DNA of 64,000 nt from Eledone cirrhosa (lineage: Eukaryota), in the NCBI GenBank assembly GCA_964016885.1, contig OZ024746.1:27900001-27964000 (forward strand), read 5' to 3'. The notes beneath the pieces are model-generated. The model was not told where the DNA came from. It did no database searches and worked only from the letters and a program-made list of their open reading frames with translations. Made by a program: the position numbers and the translations under genes. The first letter of the stretch is position 1. Each line of letters opens with the position of its first letter. Shown here in pieces: positions 27,281 to 41,519 of this stretch.

Positions 27281-29506
27281 TATATATATATATATATATA
27301 TCTATAGATATAGATATATATATACAGCAAACTTTAAAGTGTTAATTGCCGCAAAGAAAGCGAGTAATTGTATGTATTATGATTTTATATCTGAAATATC
27401 TAACTACAAAATCAACACACAAAAACTATATTTTCTTTTATATTTATAGAAAAATATCGCACTTGTTAAAGCGATTTCCATTATTATTAATATTATTGTC
27501 ACTATTATTATTATTGTTGTTGTTATTGCTTCTCTGATTTTTTCACGTGTATCCTGTGTAGTTTTCATCAAGTCTTTTGATCTCTAGTGTCGCGATCGCG
27601 CTACAGGTAAATGGATATATTGCAGGTATGTATGTATGTATGTATGTATGTATGTATGTATGTATGTATGTATGTATGTATGTATGTATGTATGTTGCAT
27701 GTATGTATGTATGTTACATGTATGTATGTATGTTGCATGTATGTATGTATTTATTTATATATTAGAACAAGATGCATCATTAGTGTATCCAAATAACAGA
27801 TTCTGTTCACAAACAAGTCTTATAATCTAACTGTTTGATGTGAAGTAATGTCATACTTGTTAGTTAAAGATTATTGCGAGATGTTATTGCAATGAGTATC
27901 ACCGCCATGTTGTTGCTGTTGAAATTAGTACGTATCTATTGAATTGCACTCATGAAACGTTTGTCGCCTAGAAGTTCACAGCTGATACTTTAAAGTAAAG
28001 CTATAGAAATAAATAAAACTTATAACTTATTTGCTAATGATACGGGCACCATTTTTCTGAACGGACTAATAATTCGTTTACGTAGCTGAAAGGTAACGGT
28101 TACCTTCGTCACGATTTAATGGAATACACCTTTGATTGTGGGTAGGGGTACTAATGAGTTGCAGGCGGTAAATTGGCAGAGTCGTTATAATGTTTGATTA
28201 AATGCTCGGGTATTTATTTCTGGCCTTTGTTCAGATCTCACCAAAGTCAACTTTACAATTCATCATGCTTACGAGATCGATAAATTACCTCTCGATCCAA
28301 GGAGACAGACTTAGTAGAAATCGTTAAAGATTCGGATATAGTGCTTTGTGGTATCTGCCAGCTCTGTGTCTTCCAAATTTAAATCGTCCTACCTTTCACC
28401 TGAACAATTGTGACACTCCTGACAATTTTCAGATAGATGGCGGGCTTTGCATGAGAAGTAATTGGCCTAAAAGATCAACTGATAGTACACCACTTCCTTA
28501 GACGATAAGTTTCACATGAGAAGTAATCAGCATAAAAAAGTGATCATAAACATACTCAAATATCACTCGAACTATGCTCGTTACATCTAGTACCCTGCTT
28601 TTAGGGAAAATAACGACTAAAAAGAGAGAAAGAGACACATGAGTTACATTATATGTCATATTAATAATCCTAGAAATATTATTTCTAACAAGGCCAGAAA
28701 TATAACGAAGAGGGATACATTAGTCGATTAAATCGACCAACTTCTTAATTGATACTTATTTTAATAACCTGGCAAAGATGAGAGATAATGTTAATCTGGA
28801 AGATAAAGGACCGGATGTATTAGTTATGAGCTAATGATATGGACGCCATTTGGAGCAACTATTCATATACGAATTTCATTCGTCACAACTTAATATAATA
28901 AATACAATTTAGATTGTAACTAGGGTGTTAACCAATACGTTACAATAGTACTAATGAAATCTTATGATTTCCAATAAATTTAGAAAATAATCATGGATTC
29001 AGAAAGATTTAAGAATACGACTAATTCTTTCGTTATTTCAGTGATGTTTGGAAGATAGCTTAAAGAAGAATACATTGGATAATGTATTTCCAGATAAATG
29101 ATGTTCCAGAAAAGGAGGGGTATACTTTTCAGGATGATCTAAGCTGGAACACATTTGAAAATAGGACTAATCTGGGTCTACGCAACATCATCGATAACAA
29201 TTAGTTGGAAATTAATTGTTATGAGTTATGAAAAACGTTTCTTTCATGACGGTGATCACTCTGTCCTAAGACCGTGACCAGACTTTTATTGCCCATGGGG
29301 GCCCAAGATATTGGACATATGGGTTCAGGTTATTAAAGAAAATACACGGACAACACACAACACAGAGTGGTTTACATCAAGTAGAATAAAGGTGAAAAGC
29401 GGTCATCAACAAACACAAAGCAGTAGATATGACAATAACATTAATTGCAATATTCGCATTATTATTGTAGAGCAAGAATTTTTGTCACGAAATTACGACA
29501 GAAAAT

Positions 29507-29558
<52 letters not shown>

Positions 29559-29620
29559 ATAAATGAGACAAAACAAACACAGGGATGAAAAAATACACAG
29601 TTGGATGAAATTGAGGAGTG

Positions 29621-29648
29621 TTCAACATTTCGGACAGAAGTCCTTCAT
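29621..29648 (-). ncRNA. 5'-truncated minimal PLE-type hammerhead
   Basis: Minus strand ATGA-A-GGAC-TTCT-GTCC-GAAA-TGTT; the CTG is missing; element ends in (TA)n near 29537. Confidence 0.5.
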
Positions 29649-29899
29649 ATATATTTTCAATGTGGTCTACCCTTCGTAGTAGGGTCCATGCCATAGATAG
29701 AACTCAATTTAATCTGAGAGCGAGTAATCCAGTGAAAGGAGACGGTCTGGTCGAACCTATATATGATAATATACACTTATATAACTGCTATATATCAGTC
29801 AATATGCCAATATGATCAACCCTACGAAACGAACGTAAAACAATGACATGAATAGGTAAAATAATTTGACTTTGTTATTATTTTCATTGTTAAATTAAT

Positions 29900-30079
29900 T
29901 GTTTCTACTTTATGCACAAGGCCAGCAATTACCCAGTGCATTACTAGTAGTTTATTTTATCGACCCTGTAAGGATGAAAGGCAAAGTCAACCTCGGCGGG
30001 ATTTGAACTCAGATCGTAAAGGGACGTAACTATGCTGGAAAGCATGGCGTCCGACCCTCTACCGATACTGCCAATCCAC
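29900..30079 (-). mobile_element. Main-family SINE with TSD
   Basis: TTGTTAAATTAAT on both sides. Confidence 0.9.
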
Positions 30080-30135
30080 TTGTTAAATTAATATCTAATA
30101 TATATATATATATAGATATATATATATATATATAG

Positions 30136-30177
<42 letters not shown>

Positions 30178-30586
30178 CCATATATATATATATATGATAT
30201 CATATAATATATATTTGTTGAGTTGTAGAAAATAACAGTTCTAAATTTCAGTTATAAACCATTCAGTCACTGATACTCGGTGGGGGTAATAGTGGCTGTG
30301 GTGGTGGGTGGGTGGTGGGTGTGGTGGTGTATTGATAGTGGTGGTTTAGTAGAATAGCTTTAATGCACTTCTAGTTGTATTGAAAGCAAAAAATAACAAC
30401 AATAACCCAACAACCATATAATAACATACAGATAAATGTTGTTAATTTAAACATATATTCAAACAGAAACGTATTAAAATTGAACAGAAATTTCTCTTCA
30501 TGAAAATGCATGAATATTTATTCAGTTTACAGTGCTGCAGGCAAATTCACTACAAATTTCTCTCTATTAATTCTCTATATAATACA

Positions 30587-30652
<66 letters not shown>

Positions 30653-30694
30653 GTGTATATATATATATATATATACATTTATATATATATATAT

Positions 30695-30726
<32 letters not shown>

Positions 30727-33019
30727 TTATTTATTTATTTTTTTTATTTTTTTTATTCAAATACATTTCTTCAAATTTATAATCTCTAGTATAATTTTAT
30801 TTTACGAAATATTTCCTTGTTATTCCTGTTGATGCAATTCTCCGTTTTATAATATTTTCTTCTGTTTTAGTTTATATTTTTGTTCATTTTATTCTTCAAG
30901 ATAAACTCATTAATACCATTTCAAAAAGTTTTTGAAAAGGAAATCAGAGTTTATATGCTGCGACCAATTTTGTTTATGATAATTTTTTCTGAGTGAGCGG
31001 GGAAACTCTACAGGGAATTTATATAATTTTTAAGTTTTATTATTTAAATATCAAAATTAAAAAAATATAATATTGCAAATAAAACAAAAAAAATATTTCA
31101 TGTCTATTTAAATACCTGTCTCAATTGTACATACGATTTTACAAACAATCACATAGATACATCCTTACATAAATACATACATACATATATACATACATTC
31201 ATGCATACATGCATACATAAAAAGGTACATGCATATATATACATACCTGCATGCATGCATTCATATATACTTACATACAAGCATACATGCATACATACAT
31301 AAAAAGATACATGCATATATATACATACCTGCATGCATGTATACATGTATACTTACATGCATACATGCATGTATGCATACATAGGAGGACTCTATTTTCG
31401 CTGATGAAATAGAATATCACATGGTATATTTCAAGGAGACAGTCTCACTGTGCTACTATTTATTTTATCATTTAACCCTTTGTCCTTTCGGCTCAATAAA
31501 TGTGAAGGATACATCATGGCCTCACAGGAGGACAACACATACCTAACCCATAACTTCTTCTATCTCGTTATCTCTCTCTCTATTTATGAAAGTACCCGGA
31601 AAAACCCCGTATCTCGGGAACCCGTGCTTCGATTTACGCGAAACATGTTTTATTCCATTTGTATTCAAATTTCATGGACAACCTCTTTTCAAAGTATTTT
31701 CCCATTATGCGCCGTTTGGGCTGTATTAAATAACAGACAAGCACAAAATCACAGAATTTTAGTAATATATTGATATATTCAGAAAACTATGTGAGTCCGG
31801 ATACTCATATGTCTGTTATTTTTTCCTTATATCTATGTCTATGCAGGTTTGTGTTTGTATATGTGAATGAGTGTTTGTCTGTGTCTAAGTGTGTATTTAT
31901 ATATTACATATTGTAAAATGTGTATTTGAATACACACACAAGCAAATGCATTTTCTCTATAATCTACGTGACGATAACGTAGGAAATTAGCGGGACATGC
32001 GTCAATCCTAGTTAGGATTCTATTCGGAGATCACTTGTTCGCCTCTTTCTATGGAAATATAAACTAATAGCTATTTATATGTTTTGCACTGCTTATGAAA
32101 GTTATACAGTATAATATATTTCCAATATCCAAAATATGATTCTTTGTAAATCAATAATTATTTGATTGACCTAGCTACTAACAAAACACTATTCATGCAA
32201 ACTAGAATTGCCTATGTAATGAAGACATTTGTTGTTACTGTATAAATATCTAAACGCTATATCTCTCTGTGGATGGAAAACTGGGAATATGTGGCCGCTG
32301 AACAAAATTTATGTGCGTGTAACGAATAACTGCTCTGTAGTTTAGCATCCATCAGGATAATAGTTAAATCTATAATGAAAATAAAACCACCTCCTTTTTG
32401 GCAAGTAAGGACGGCAAATCGTTCACCGTATATTGGCTTTGGTAAAACAAATGCTGTTGTAGACAAGGCTGAGAGGTTTGAAGACAGGAACTTTCCTTTC
32501 CGGCCAAGCCCTTATGGATTCCTTCAAGTACCACTAAAGTTCTCCCGCCGGCTGGTTTTGCCTATAAATTCTGTCCAGCGATTCTTTCCTGAGACATTCT
32601 AACCACATGTTCGTAGTATCGGAGCTGTAATCTTTCAATTCGGAGGAGTAGCGGCTCTACCTGGAGTGACGCTCTGATCTTCGAGCTACGCACTCTATAG
32701 AGTAACGTTACGCCAAAGACCCTTGTCTACCCAAACCATGAGTTTGGCTGGTCTCGCTTGGGGATCCAGCCAGATTAGTTGGAGAAGGTTGCTTCTGACA
32801 GGACCCGCTAGAGGTAGTGTTTGATTACTCAGCCTCCATGATCTGCTCGGGAATAAGTGAATCCTTTTAGATCATCAATTTTAAGCCACGACCAACTCTT
32901 TTCCTAACCAATGTCTATTTTATATCTAGAGTACAGCCCATGCATACGTTTGTCCTTTCATTCCTTTTCAATATCTTTTTTCACTCGCTTCTTGTATCCA
33001 TTGTGTGCTACTGCATAAG

Positions 33020-33385
33020 CTGAATAGAAAAATCAGGGTGGAGAGGGAAATTCTGCCTTCGAACAAAATTTGTTGAAAGGGGTAGAAAGAGGCGAGAATG
33101 GTCCGAGCAAATGGCTTCCTCTGAGTATGCGCCAGTAAATTTGATAGAAATTGAGAGAGAGCACTTGCCCTGGCGGTCAAGGTTAGAATGAATTTTTGTG
33201 GGCTTTCTCCATGAGTGACCCTCAGAGATCTCCCAACATTGGGGGAATTTTTTATGTTTGAATTTCAAAATATTTATTTTTCTTAGTCTTTTATAAACTT
33301 TTTTTTTACCCCCAAAACACCACACTGTACCGTCCTGTGTCGTCTTTATTGTCCTCTTAATGTTTATGGCCAATAAAGAAACTAT
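33020..33385 (+). mobile_element. 3' fragment of the L1/Tx1-type LINE
   Basis: AAAATCAGGGTGGAGAGGGAA... is homologous to 35200-35550; ends with AATAAAGAAA. Confidence 0.8.
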
Positions 33386-33389
33386 TATT

Positions 33390-33815
33390 GGTGGATTGGA
33401 AGTATTGGAAGTATCGGTAGAGGGTCAGACGTCATGCTTTGTAGCATATAGTTACGGCCCTTTACGGTCTGAGTTGAAATCCCGCATAGGTTAACTTTAC
33501 CTTTCATCTTTACGGGGTCGATAAAATAAAGCACCAGTAACGTACTGGGGTTCGATTTAAGCGACTTTACCCTCCCCTCAAACTACTGGCCTTGTGCCAG
33601 AAGTAGAAAGAATTATTAACATTGTTGCGGCGGATTGGCAGAATCGGTAGAGCACCGGACGCCATGCTTGGCAGCATAGACTTACGCCCCTTTACGATCA
33701 GAGTTCAAATCCCGCCGAGGTTATCTTTGCCTTTCATCCTTACGGGGTCGATAAAATAAAGTACCAGTAATGTACTGGGTAATTGCTGGCCTTGTGCCAA
33801 AAGTGGAAACAATTA
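33390..33815 (+). mobile_element. Two adjacent main-family SINEs
   Basis: Copies at about 33390-33615 and 33627-33815. Confidence 0.85.
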
Positions 33816-33871
33816 TTAATATTGTTGATGTTGTTGTTGTTGTAGATGTTATTATTACTATTATTACTATT

Positions 33872-35553
33872 AGCACGAAGGCAGCGTTGTCAGAGCTAGG
33901 GTGCGTGCTCTCAGACACGAGGGAACAAAAGCCGTTCAATGGGTCCGGGTTACGGAGGCGCGTCGTGGCACAAAGCCACGATCCGGTCTTTGGCGAACCA
34001 CGAGGGGCACATGATACTCGATCCCGGGCAGATGTGTGCGGCTTTTCAGCAGCACTTTGCTCAGCTGTTCGGGGACAATGGACTTCATTGCCTACCTCGA
34101 CGGACTGCCGTGGGTCTCGGCCACTGAGGCAGAGTGTTGCGAAAGGCCGATTACAGCTGCTGAAGTACGGGAGGCAATGACTAGCTGCACAATGGATAAA
34201 TCGCCTGGTTTGAATGTTCTGCCCTACGAATTTTACATACATATGACAGACTTTTTCGAAGACCTCTTGGCAGACGTCTACTGCAACTGGCAGCAGAACC
34301 GGAGAATTCCCAGCTCTGTGAGCCGCGGAGCAGTGACGCTACTGAAAAAGGATCCGAGCAATGGGTATAACATAGAAAATTTCAGGCCCATAACTCTGCT
34401 AGACACAGACTTCAAGATTTTGGCTAAGGTGCTAGCAAAGAGGTTGGCGCTTGTCGTTGGTGGTTTGGTGGGAGAGGCGCAAACATGCACTCAGGCTACG
34501 GCATCTCCACCTCTTCCTCGACGGTGATCAGGTGTGGTCGCCCTTTGCTAGACACATGTTTCCCCAGCTTGTCTCCTTGGTGGAGCTGCAGTCCTGGGTC
34601 AAGCGAAGACCGAGAGGAAGCGCTTGGAGACTACAATGTCTTCAGGTACTTACAGCCCTCGACCAGTAAGCAATACAATCGCTGGAAACTCCACCTTGGC
34701 TTTCTACAGAGGATTAGTGGAAAGAAAGAGCAACGACGTCCTTGGGGAGACTCTAGGCGTCGACGAAAACCAACTAGCCAATCTCTTCGGGAGAACTTTC
34801 GGCCGGGGCACATGGACAACTTCCAGAAATACATGGCCTGGCAGTGCTACTGAGGAGCCTTGCCAGTTGGGGGGAAACTCTACAGGCATGGAAGTGCCGT
34901 CAGCCGAACCTGTCCGAGATGCGCACAGGGCGATGAAACCGTCCTGCACGGACTCGTCCAGTGTCCGAGCATTGCTAATTTGTGAGTTTATGCCGAACAC
35001 CTGCTGTCACGTGTAGAACAGATCCATCGTGAAGATTGCCCCGCCGCCTTCCTTTAGCTGAGAAGGGCAGGCAGTTTTTATCTTCCTGGTGGCCATGGTA
35101 AAATAGATTGTATTGTGGACACGTCTGAATGGGTTGAGGACCGATACTTTCCTTTTCGCTGACGCCCTCATTAACTTTTTCAGGTTTCACCTGAAGAGGA
35201 AAATCAGGGTGGAGAGGGAAGTGCTGACCTCCAGCCAGTTTGTTAAAAGGTGGGTGAGAGAGGCAAGAATGGCCCGTGTGAATGGGTCTACCCTGAGCGT
35301 ATGCCTGTAGCATTGTAGGAGAAAAACTGAAAGAGGGCGCTTGCCCTCGCGGTTAGGGTAACTGTGGCTTTTCTTGTGGGCTTTCTCCACGAGCAACTCT
35401 TGGAGGTCTCCCCCCCCCCCCTATTGGGAATATTTCATTGTTTCCTTTTGTCACACTCGGTTTTTTGTTTTTTTTACACGCAGAAATGCCCATTTGTATT
35501 GTACTGTGTTGTCCTTAATGTTATACTTTGTGTCAACCTGGTTAATAAAGAAA
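33872..35553 (+). mobile_element. Internally deleted L1/Tx1-clade LINE (RT N-terminal part, CCHC zinc finger, 3' UTR)
   Basis: ORF 34036-34527 has KSPG.NVLPYEFY, VTLLKK and NFRPITLLDTDFKILAKVLAKRL; about 34840-34970 reads WQCY..ALP...TCPRCAQGDETVLHGLVQC; AATAAA at about 35544; stops and a deletion are present. Confidence 0.9.
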
Positions 35554-35556
35554 GCA

Positions 35557-35935
35557 TGGCAGTATCGGTAGAGGGTCGGACGCAGCAAAGAGTTACGGAC
35601 CTTTATGATCTGAGTTCAAATCCCGCCGAGGTTAACTTTGCCTTTCATCCTTACGGTCGATAAAATAAAGTACCAGTAATACACTGGGATAATTGCTGGC
35701 CTTGTCCCAAAAGTAGAAACAATTATTATTATTATTATTATTATTAAGGGCGGTGAATTGGCAGTTTCGGTAGAGGGTCGGACATGCTTTACAGCATAGT
35801 TACGTCCCTTTACGATCTCAGTTCAAATCCCGCCGAGGTTAACTTTGCCTTTCATCCATACAGAGGTCGATAAAATAAAGTACCAGTAATGTACTGGGTA
35901 ATTGCTGGCCTTGTGCCTAAAGTAGAAGCAATTAT
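35557..35935 (+). mobile_element. Two adjacent main-family SINEs separated by (ATT)n
   Basis: Copies at about 35557-35725 and 35748-35935. Confidence 0.85.
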
Positions 35936-36541
35936 TATTATCATTATACCTCTTTTTGCAATCTTGTCTACATCATTTGAAACGAATAAGCCAGGTGTTT
36001 AATTTCCATTGATATGATCTAATAAAACCTCTTCACTAATTCCTCCTTTGATGTTGTAAAGCTAACAGATATCATATTTACTCCAGTAAATCTATCAGAT
36101 ATTATATTATTACAGAGATTTATCACTTCAGACACACAATTAATCGCCTTCTCATTTACACATTAATATATGAGTATATATGTGTGTGTAGAGTATACTG
36201 TTCTGTGCGTCTACGTGTATGCATGTGTGTTCAGTTTGTCCGGTGGTCTGTGTGTGTGTATTTGTAATAGCGTCATAAACCTACCTGGAGCCGAACCTCA
36301 TGTATATCATTTGTATATCAAAATGTGTTATCGTCTGGTGAAATGTTAAATGAGATCTGTGTTAATATATTTAATATTTGCCAAAATTTTAACATAGGTC
36401 GTTTAATTTTATATATTTTATTATATTTCATTTAAGTCATGTCTGTCAGAATTAATACATTGATATTTCATATTGCATGTGGTGACTGAATGTAAAAGTT
36501 TAATGTTTCATTATATATATATATATATATATATAGGCGCA

Positions 36542-36668
<127 letters not shown>

Positions 36669-37218
36669 ATTGTTATACTTTGGGAGGGTCATGTCGCCAA
36701 TAAGAAACACACGCACCAGTTGCTTTCAGACCAATTTGTTATAAATTAAACATTTAAAAAAAAAAAAAAAAAAAATTATAAATTTCCGGTTGGTTGGTTG
36801 GTTGGTTCCACAAACGGACGGTTGTTCATATATTGTCAAAGTTATTTCGTCACACATTCTGTGACCTCTCTTCATTGTCTGGGGATTCTTTTCTTTGTTT
36901 TGTGCCACAAAAACAAGATGGCGTAGGACAGAACAAAGGAGAGCCACAAAACAAAGAAAAGAAACCCCAGTCACTGAAGAGGTCACAGAATGTATGACGA
37001 AAGAACTTTGATAATATATGAACAACCGTCCGGTTGTGGAACCAACCAACTAACCAACAGGAAATTTATAATTTTTTTTTTCTTTTTAAAATAATAAATT
37101 GGAGTGAAAGCAGCCGGTGCGTGTGTTTCTAATTGGCTACATGACCCTCCCCAAGTATAACAATATCGGTCTCAACACACGTTTTCAGATAAAGAATCTT
37201 GCTAAACAAATTCAGAAA

Positions 37219-37220
<2 letters not shown>
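36669..37220 (+). mobile_element. Family A foldback element, copy 2
   Basis: Same outer arm end and tail as copy 1 but a different fold point (about 36905); hammerhead GTCA-CTGAAGA...GAAA-G-AA-C-TT-TGAT at 36970-37012. Confidence 0.8.
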
Positions 37221-37268
<48 letters not shown>

Positions 37269-37276
37269 ATATATAT

Positions 37277-37686
37277 ATTATTAAAAATGTAAGCTATCGC
37301 CGTATTTTTGACTAAAGAAATTAAATAAATTATTTAGCCTGATAGTGGGGTTAAGAACCCTCGGATAAATGGAAAAAGATGAGTATTGACGTTCATCGCT
37401 GTTTCGAAAATATTCTTACTTGACATTACAGTCGCTAAGTTTATAGCTTCTATTTTGAATGGAAAAAGACGGGTGATATGTTGGTGTAAATGGTAGCACA
37501 GTGGTCCGAATAACCAAAGAAGTGGGTTCGACTCCCATGTACGTCAATACTCATCTTTTTCCATTTCTGCGAGGGGTTCTTAACCCCACTAAATAATTTC
37601 TTTAATTGCTTTAGTCAAAAATACGGCGATAGCTTACATTTCTAATAATTTCAAACCTACTCGCTGTTTCGAAAATATTCTTACTA
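37277..37686 (+). mobile_element. (TA)n-inserted foldback/partial-tandem element carrying a tRNA-like unit
   Basis: Inverted arms 37277-37392 / 37541-37649; 25-bp direct repeat TCGCTGTTTCGAAAATATTCTTACT at about 37395 and 37660. Confidence 0.75.
37475..37546 (+). ncRNA. tRNA-like cloverleaf (probably not a translating tRNA)
   Basis: 72 nt; D arm GTGT/GCAC, anticodon arm TGGT/ACCA with loop CCGAATA, T arm GTGGG-TTCGACT-CCCAT, imperfect acceptor GATATGT/GTACGTC; T5 about 10 nt downstream. Confidence 0.65.
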
Positions 37687-37769
37687 TATATATATATATA
37701 TATATATATGAAAATAGGGAGAAAAAGACGATTATTAGGAAGAAAAATATATTTTTTCTCTTTTTTTAT

Positions 37770-37955
37770 ATTAATATAGAACACCTTCTACAACACTAGA
37801 AATGTTTCATTCGTGAGAAATCATCAGGGAGCCCTGATGATTTCTCACGAATGAAACAGTTCTAGTCCTGTAGAAGCTATTCTATATTAAAACATTTATA
37901 CTTTGCTATGTATTGAGTACCTTACTGTGTTTACCTCCGTTTCAACCCGGAATAA

Positions 37956-37958
<3 letters not shown>
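37770..37958 (+). mobile_element. Family P foldback element with hammerhead core
   Basis: Arms 37770-37829 / 37832-37890; CTGATGA (37834)-TTTCTCACGAAT-GAAA (37853)-C; the fold lies just 5' of the core; degraded relative at 60292-60451. Confidence 0.75.
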
Positions 37959-38027
<69 letters not shown>

Positions 38028-38033
38028 TATATT

Positions 38034-38093
<60 letters not shown>

Positions 38094-38541
38094 GGACAAG
38101 ATATTCATTATATTCCTTTGACATATGTAAGTATAAAGTGTACAAACAATTAATTGAAAATACAAAATAGTGTGAAACGTTGGTGAATTTCCATTATTCG
38201 TACATAGGTGCAATATTGCAATATAAGCATTAATTCAAGGGAGTAGATAATAATTCTGCTCATATATATGTCATCAGAGATGGTATAAATGATTAAGGGA
38301 GCAATAACAGTGAAAATACATCCCTATATCATAACAATGTCATGATTTTGTGTCAGAAGAATTAAACCACTTTCTGATTCATCTTTGCCTTTTCTATGTT
38401 ATTTGTGTGTTCTGTATCAATACATTTATCTGAATATTAACTCTTGGTGTAATGATTAAAATGGAGTAAGATTCTAACATACTGCCTTCTATAATAATTA
38501 TATATATATATGTTAATATATATATATAGTTATATTACAGT

Positions 38542-38595
<54 letters not shown>

Positions 38596-38683
38596 TAACA
38601 AATCTTAATATATATATATATATATATAGTTATATTACAGTCGTATATATATATATATATATATATATATTAAGATAAAAAAT

Positions 38684-38974
38684 TTAAGTTTAAGCAAAGA
38701 ATCGCTGCTTTCACACTTAACGGGATCTTCTGAAACTAAAAAAAAATCAATCTGTGAACACAGAAGTAAATATTTCGAAATATTTACTTCTGCGTACACC
38801 GATTGTTTTTTTTAGTTTCAGAAGATCCCGTTAAGGGTGAAAGCAGCGATTCTTTGCTTAAACTTTAATCTGTTATTTTAATAAATATTTACTCTATGGT
38901 TCTTATATATTTGATATATATTTATCCTTATCGAGCCCTCTTTGGATTTTAGTCTTCAAATTTATTATTATTAC
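38684..38974 (+). mobile_element. Family O foldback element, copy 2, with a variant hammerhead at 38814-38864
   Basis: Spacer-less palindrome centred at 38776/38777; AGTTT-CAGAAGA-TCCC-GTTAA-GGGT-GAAA-GCA-GCGATTCTT-TGC-TT-AAACT; other pieces at 39637-39720, 43671-43725 and 43975-44062. Confidence 0.75.
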
Positions 38975-39097
<123 letters not shown>

Positions 39098-39387
39098 ACG
39101 GAGATAACAAACGGAGGTAAAACAAGTCACATTATTTTCACGCGTTATATGGAAAAGGGGAAAGAAAGCTTGACGTGTCGGGCTTAAGCCCTCGTTAAAG
39201 AGTATAAAATCGACACAGGATCATAAAGGAGAAACAGAAATAAAGGGGGTCCAGGTAAAGAAAAAAATCGAAAATAAAGACTATAAAGAAGACAAACCGT
39301 TAGGTAGTCTTGGTTAAGAGATGGAACGTAAAGTGAATTGTATGCGTATTAGTGTCGATATCATACGTGAGTGTAAGTATATGTATG

Positions 39388-39420
<33 letters not shown>

Positions 39421-39422
<2 letters not shown>

Positions 39423-39614
39423 CGAAGGAAATGTGGTAAGGAACCAGGTGGACCATAACGCACCAAAGTACTCAATACTTAGGGTAGTAGAGTGGGTAAT
39501 AGGAACGAGTAGGACCCCGACGGCTGAGCTCAAGCCGTTTCGACGGCTAATTCTGGACTAGAATTAGCCGTCGAAACGGCTTGAGCTCAGCCGTCGGGGT
39601 CCTATTCGTTCCTA
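39421..39614 (-). mobile_element. Family B foldback element, copy 2
   Basis: Reverse-complement homologue of 9280-9458 with longer arms (centre about 39556). Confidence 0.8.
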
Positions 39615-39710
39615 TATATATATATATATATATATATAGTAATAATAATAAAATTGAAGACTAAAATCCAAAGCAGCGATTCTTTGCTTAAACTTTAATC
39701 TGTTATTTTA

Positions 39711-39797
<87 letters not shown>

Positions 39798-39868
39798 TGT
39801 GTGTGTGTGTGTGTGTGTGTGTCTGTGTGTGTGTGTGTGTGTGTGTGTCTGTGTGTGTGTGTGTGTGT

Positions 39869-39968
<100 letters not shown>

Positions 39969-40545
39969 ACATACATATATATACATAGATATAAAATGAA
40001 TAAAATGATTGTGGTTATAGTGATTGAATAATAAAACAGAATTACAAGCACAACAACAACAAATGTGGTGTTATGGACGAGGACAAAGATAATGAAAACT
40101 CACCGATGTGCGATTACTTAGAAATAAGACAGAATTGCTTAAACAACTCTGAAAAGAAACTAAAATATATCTAGATTTGCTTTAGAAAAAGTTTGTTTTG
40201 TCAGATATAAAACCAACAAAAAGACTAAAGAAAGTTAAAGAAATACTTTCTAAAAAAATAGATAATATTTTGATAATAAATACGTGAAATCGAGGTTACT
40301 GTGGCAAAGCAATTAATGTATGCAGGTGCTTTATTTATTTAGAAAGAGATTAATATCTTTCTAGAAGGAATTGGAGACAAAACCACTCAAATCCACTGTT
40401 AAATTCCTGGGAGACAGGAACATGCTGATCGCTAAAGAAATAGATGAAGTCTCTAAAACGTAATCGATAAAAAATATAAAGATTCCAAGAAAGTTCAGAT
40501 TGTGAATAAACATCTAAAGAATGTGAAATACTATATATATAAAGT

Positions 40546-40790
40546 ACTGGTGAACTTCCGTCGGTTTAAACGATGAGTATGTCACTAGTTTGACAAAAGT
40601 TCAGAATCTGAACACACATAAATAAATTGGAATACTATGTTTGTAAACAACTGGTGAACTTCCGTCGGTTTAAACGATGAGTATGTTACTAGTTTGACAA
40701 AAGTTCAGAATATGAACACACATAAATAAATTGGAATACTATGTTTGTAAATAACTGGTGAACTTCCGTCGGTTTCGACGATGAGTATGT
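40546..40790. repeat. 104-bp tandem repeat, about 2.4 copies
   Basis: ACTGGTGAACTTCCGTCGGTTT at 40546, 40650 and 40754. Confidence 0.9.
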
Positions 40791-41519
40791 CAATGGGTCG
40801 GTTCAGTGGTGACATAGAGTTTAATATCAGCCAGAATTGAACTGATATTGCAAAGTGTTAGTGGATGATTTAGATAAAAATCTAAATTTTGTAACACTTA
40901 ACTCTTACCAAAGTCCCCAAACTACCCCTGGTTTTACGCTACCAAACAATTCATATTACGCTGCTTATATTTATTGAAAGAAAAGCTTTCGATGAACATT
41001 TGATGAAAGAAGTTTTATTGAGTTATTCTTCAAACACCAAGTTGATAGAGACAAGATTATATATTTTACTAAAGCCTGGAAATTGTGAATTCCTTTAAAT
41101 TTCACTAAAACACACAAGCACCGTCTTACATTAGAAATGTAATGAAAATGTTGTGTGTCAAAAACAAACTAAGTAACCTCTACCTATCTTAAGCTCTACC
41201 TTTAAACCCGATTTACCTGACTATATATTAAACCCAGAAAAACTGGGTTATATATTATAAAAGATAATACGAGATTTTATAAAAGTATCTGTAAGCCTTT
41301 AAGGAATCATCTCATATCTCTTCCTTAATGTTTTCTACAACAGATGTGAGAAGTGTCAGCAGCCATTTTTTGAATAAAAAAATCGAAAACAATAAGAAAT
41401 CCGAGTTATCAATGTTAAAACCCGAAGAATCGTAAACAAGACCGCAACCACACCAGATATAAACAGGGAAAATAAAGCATGCACAGAAGTGGGAGTCAGA
41501 TACCAATATAATAAGAAAG

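Noticed and set aside
37475-37546. Functional tRNA-Phe(GAA) gene
   Set aside because: C at position 33, T at 37, mismatches in the acceptor and anticodon stems, and location inside a mobile element
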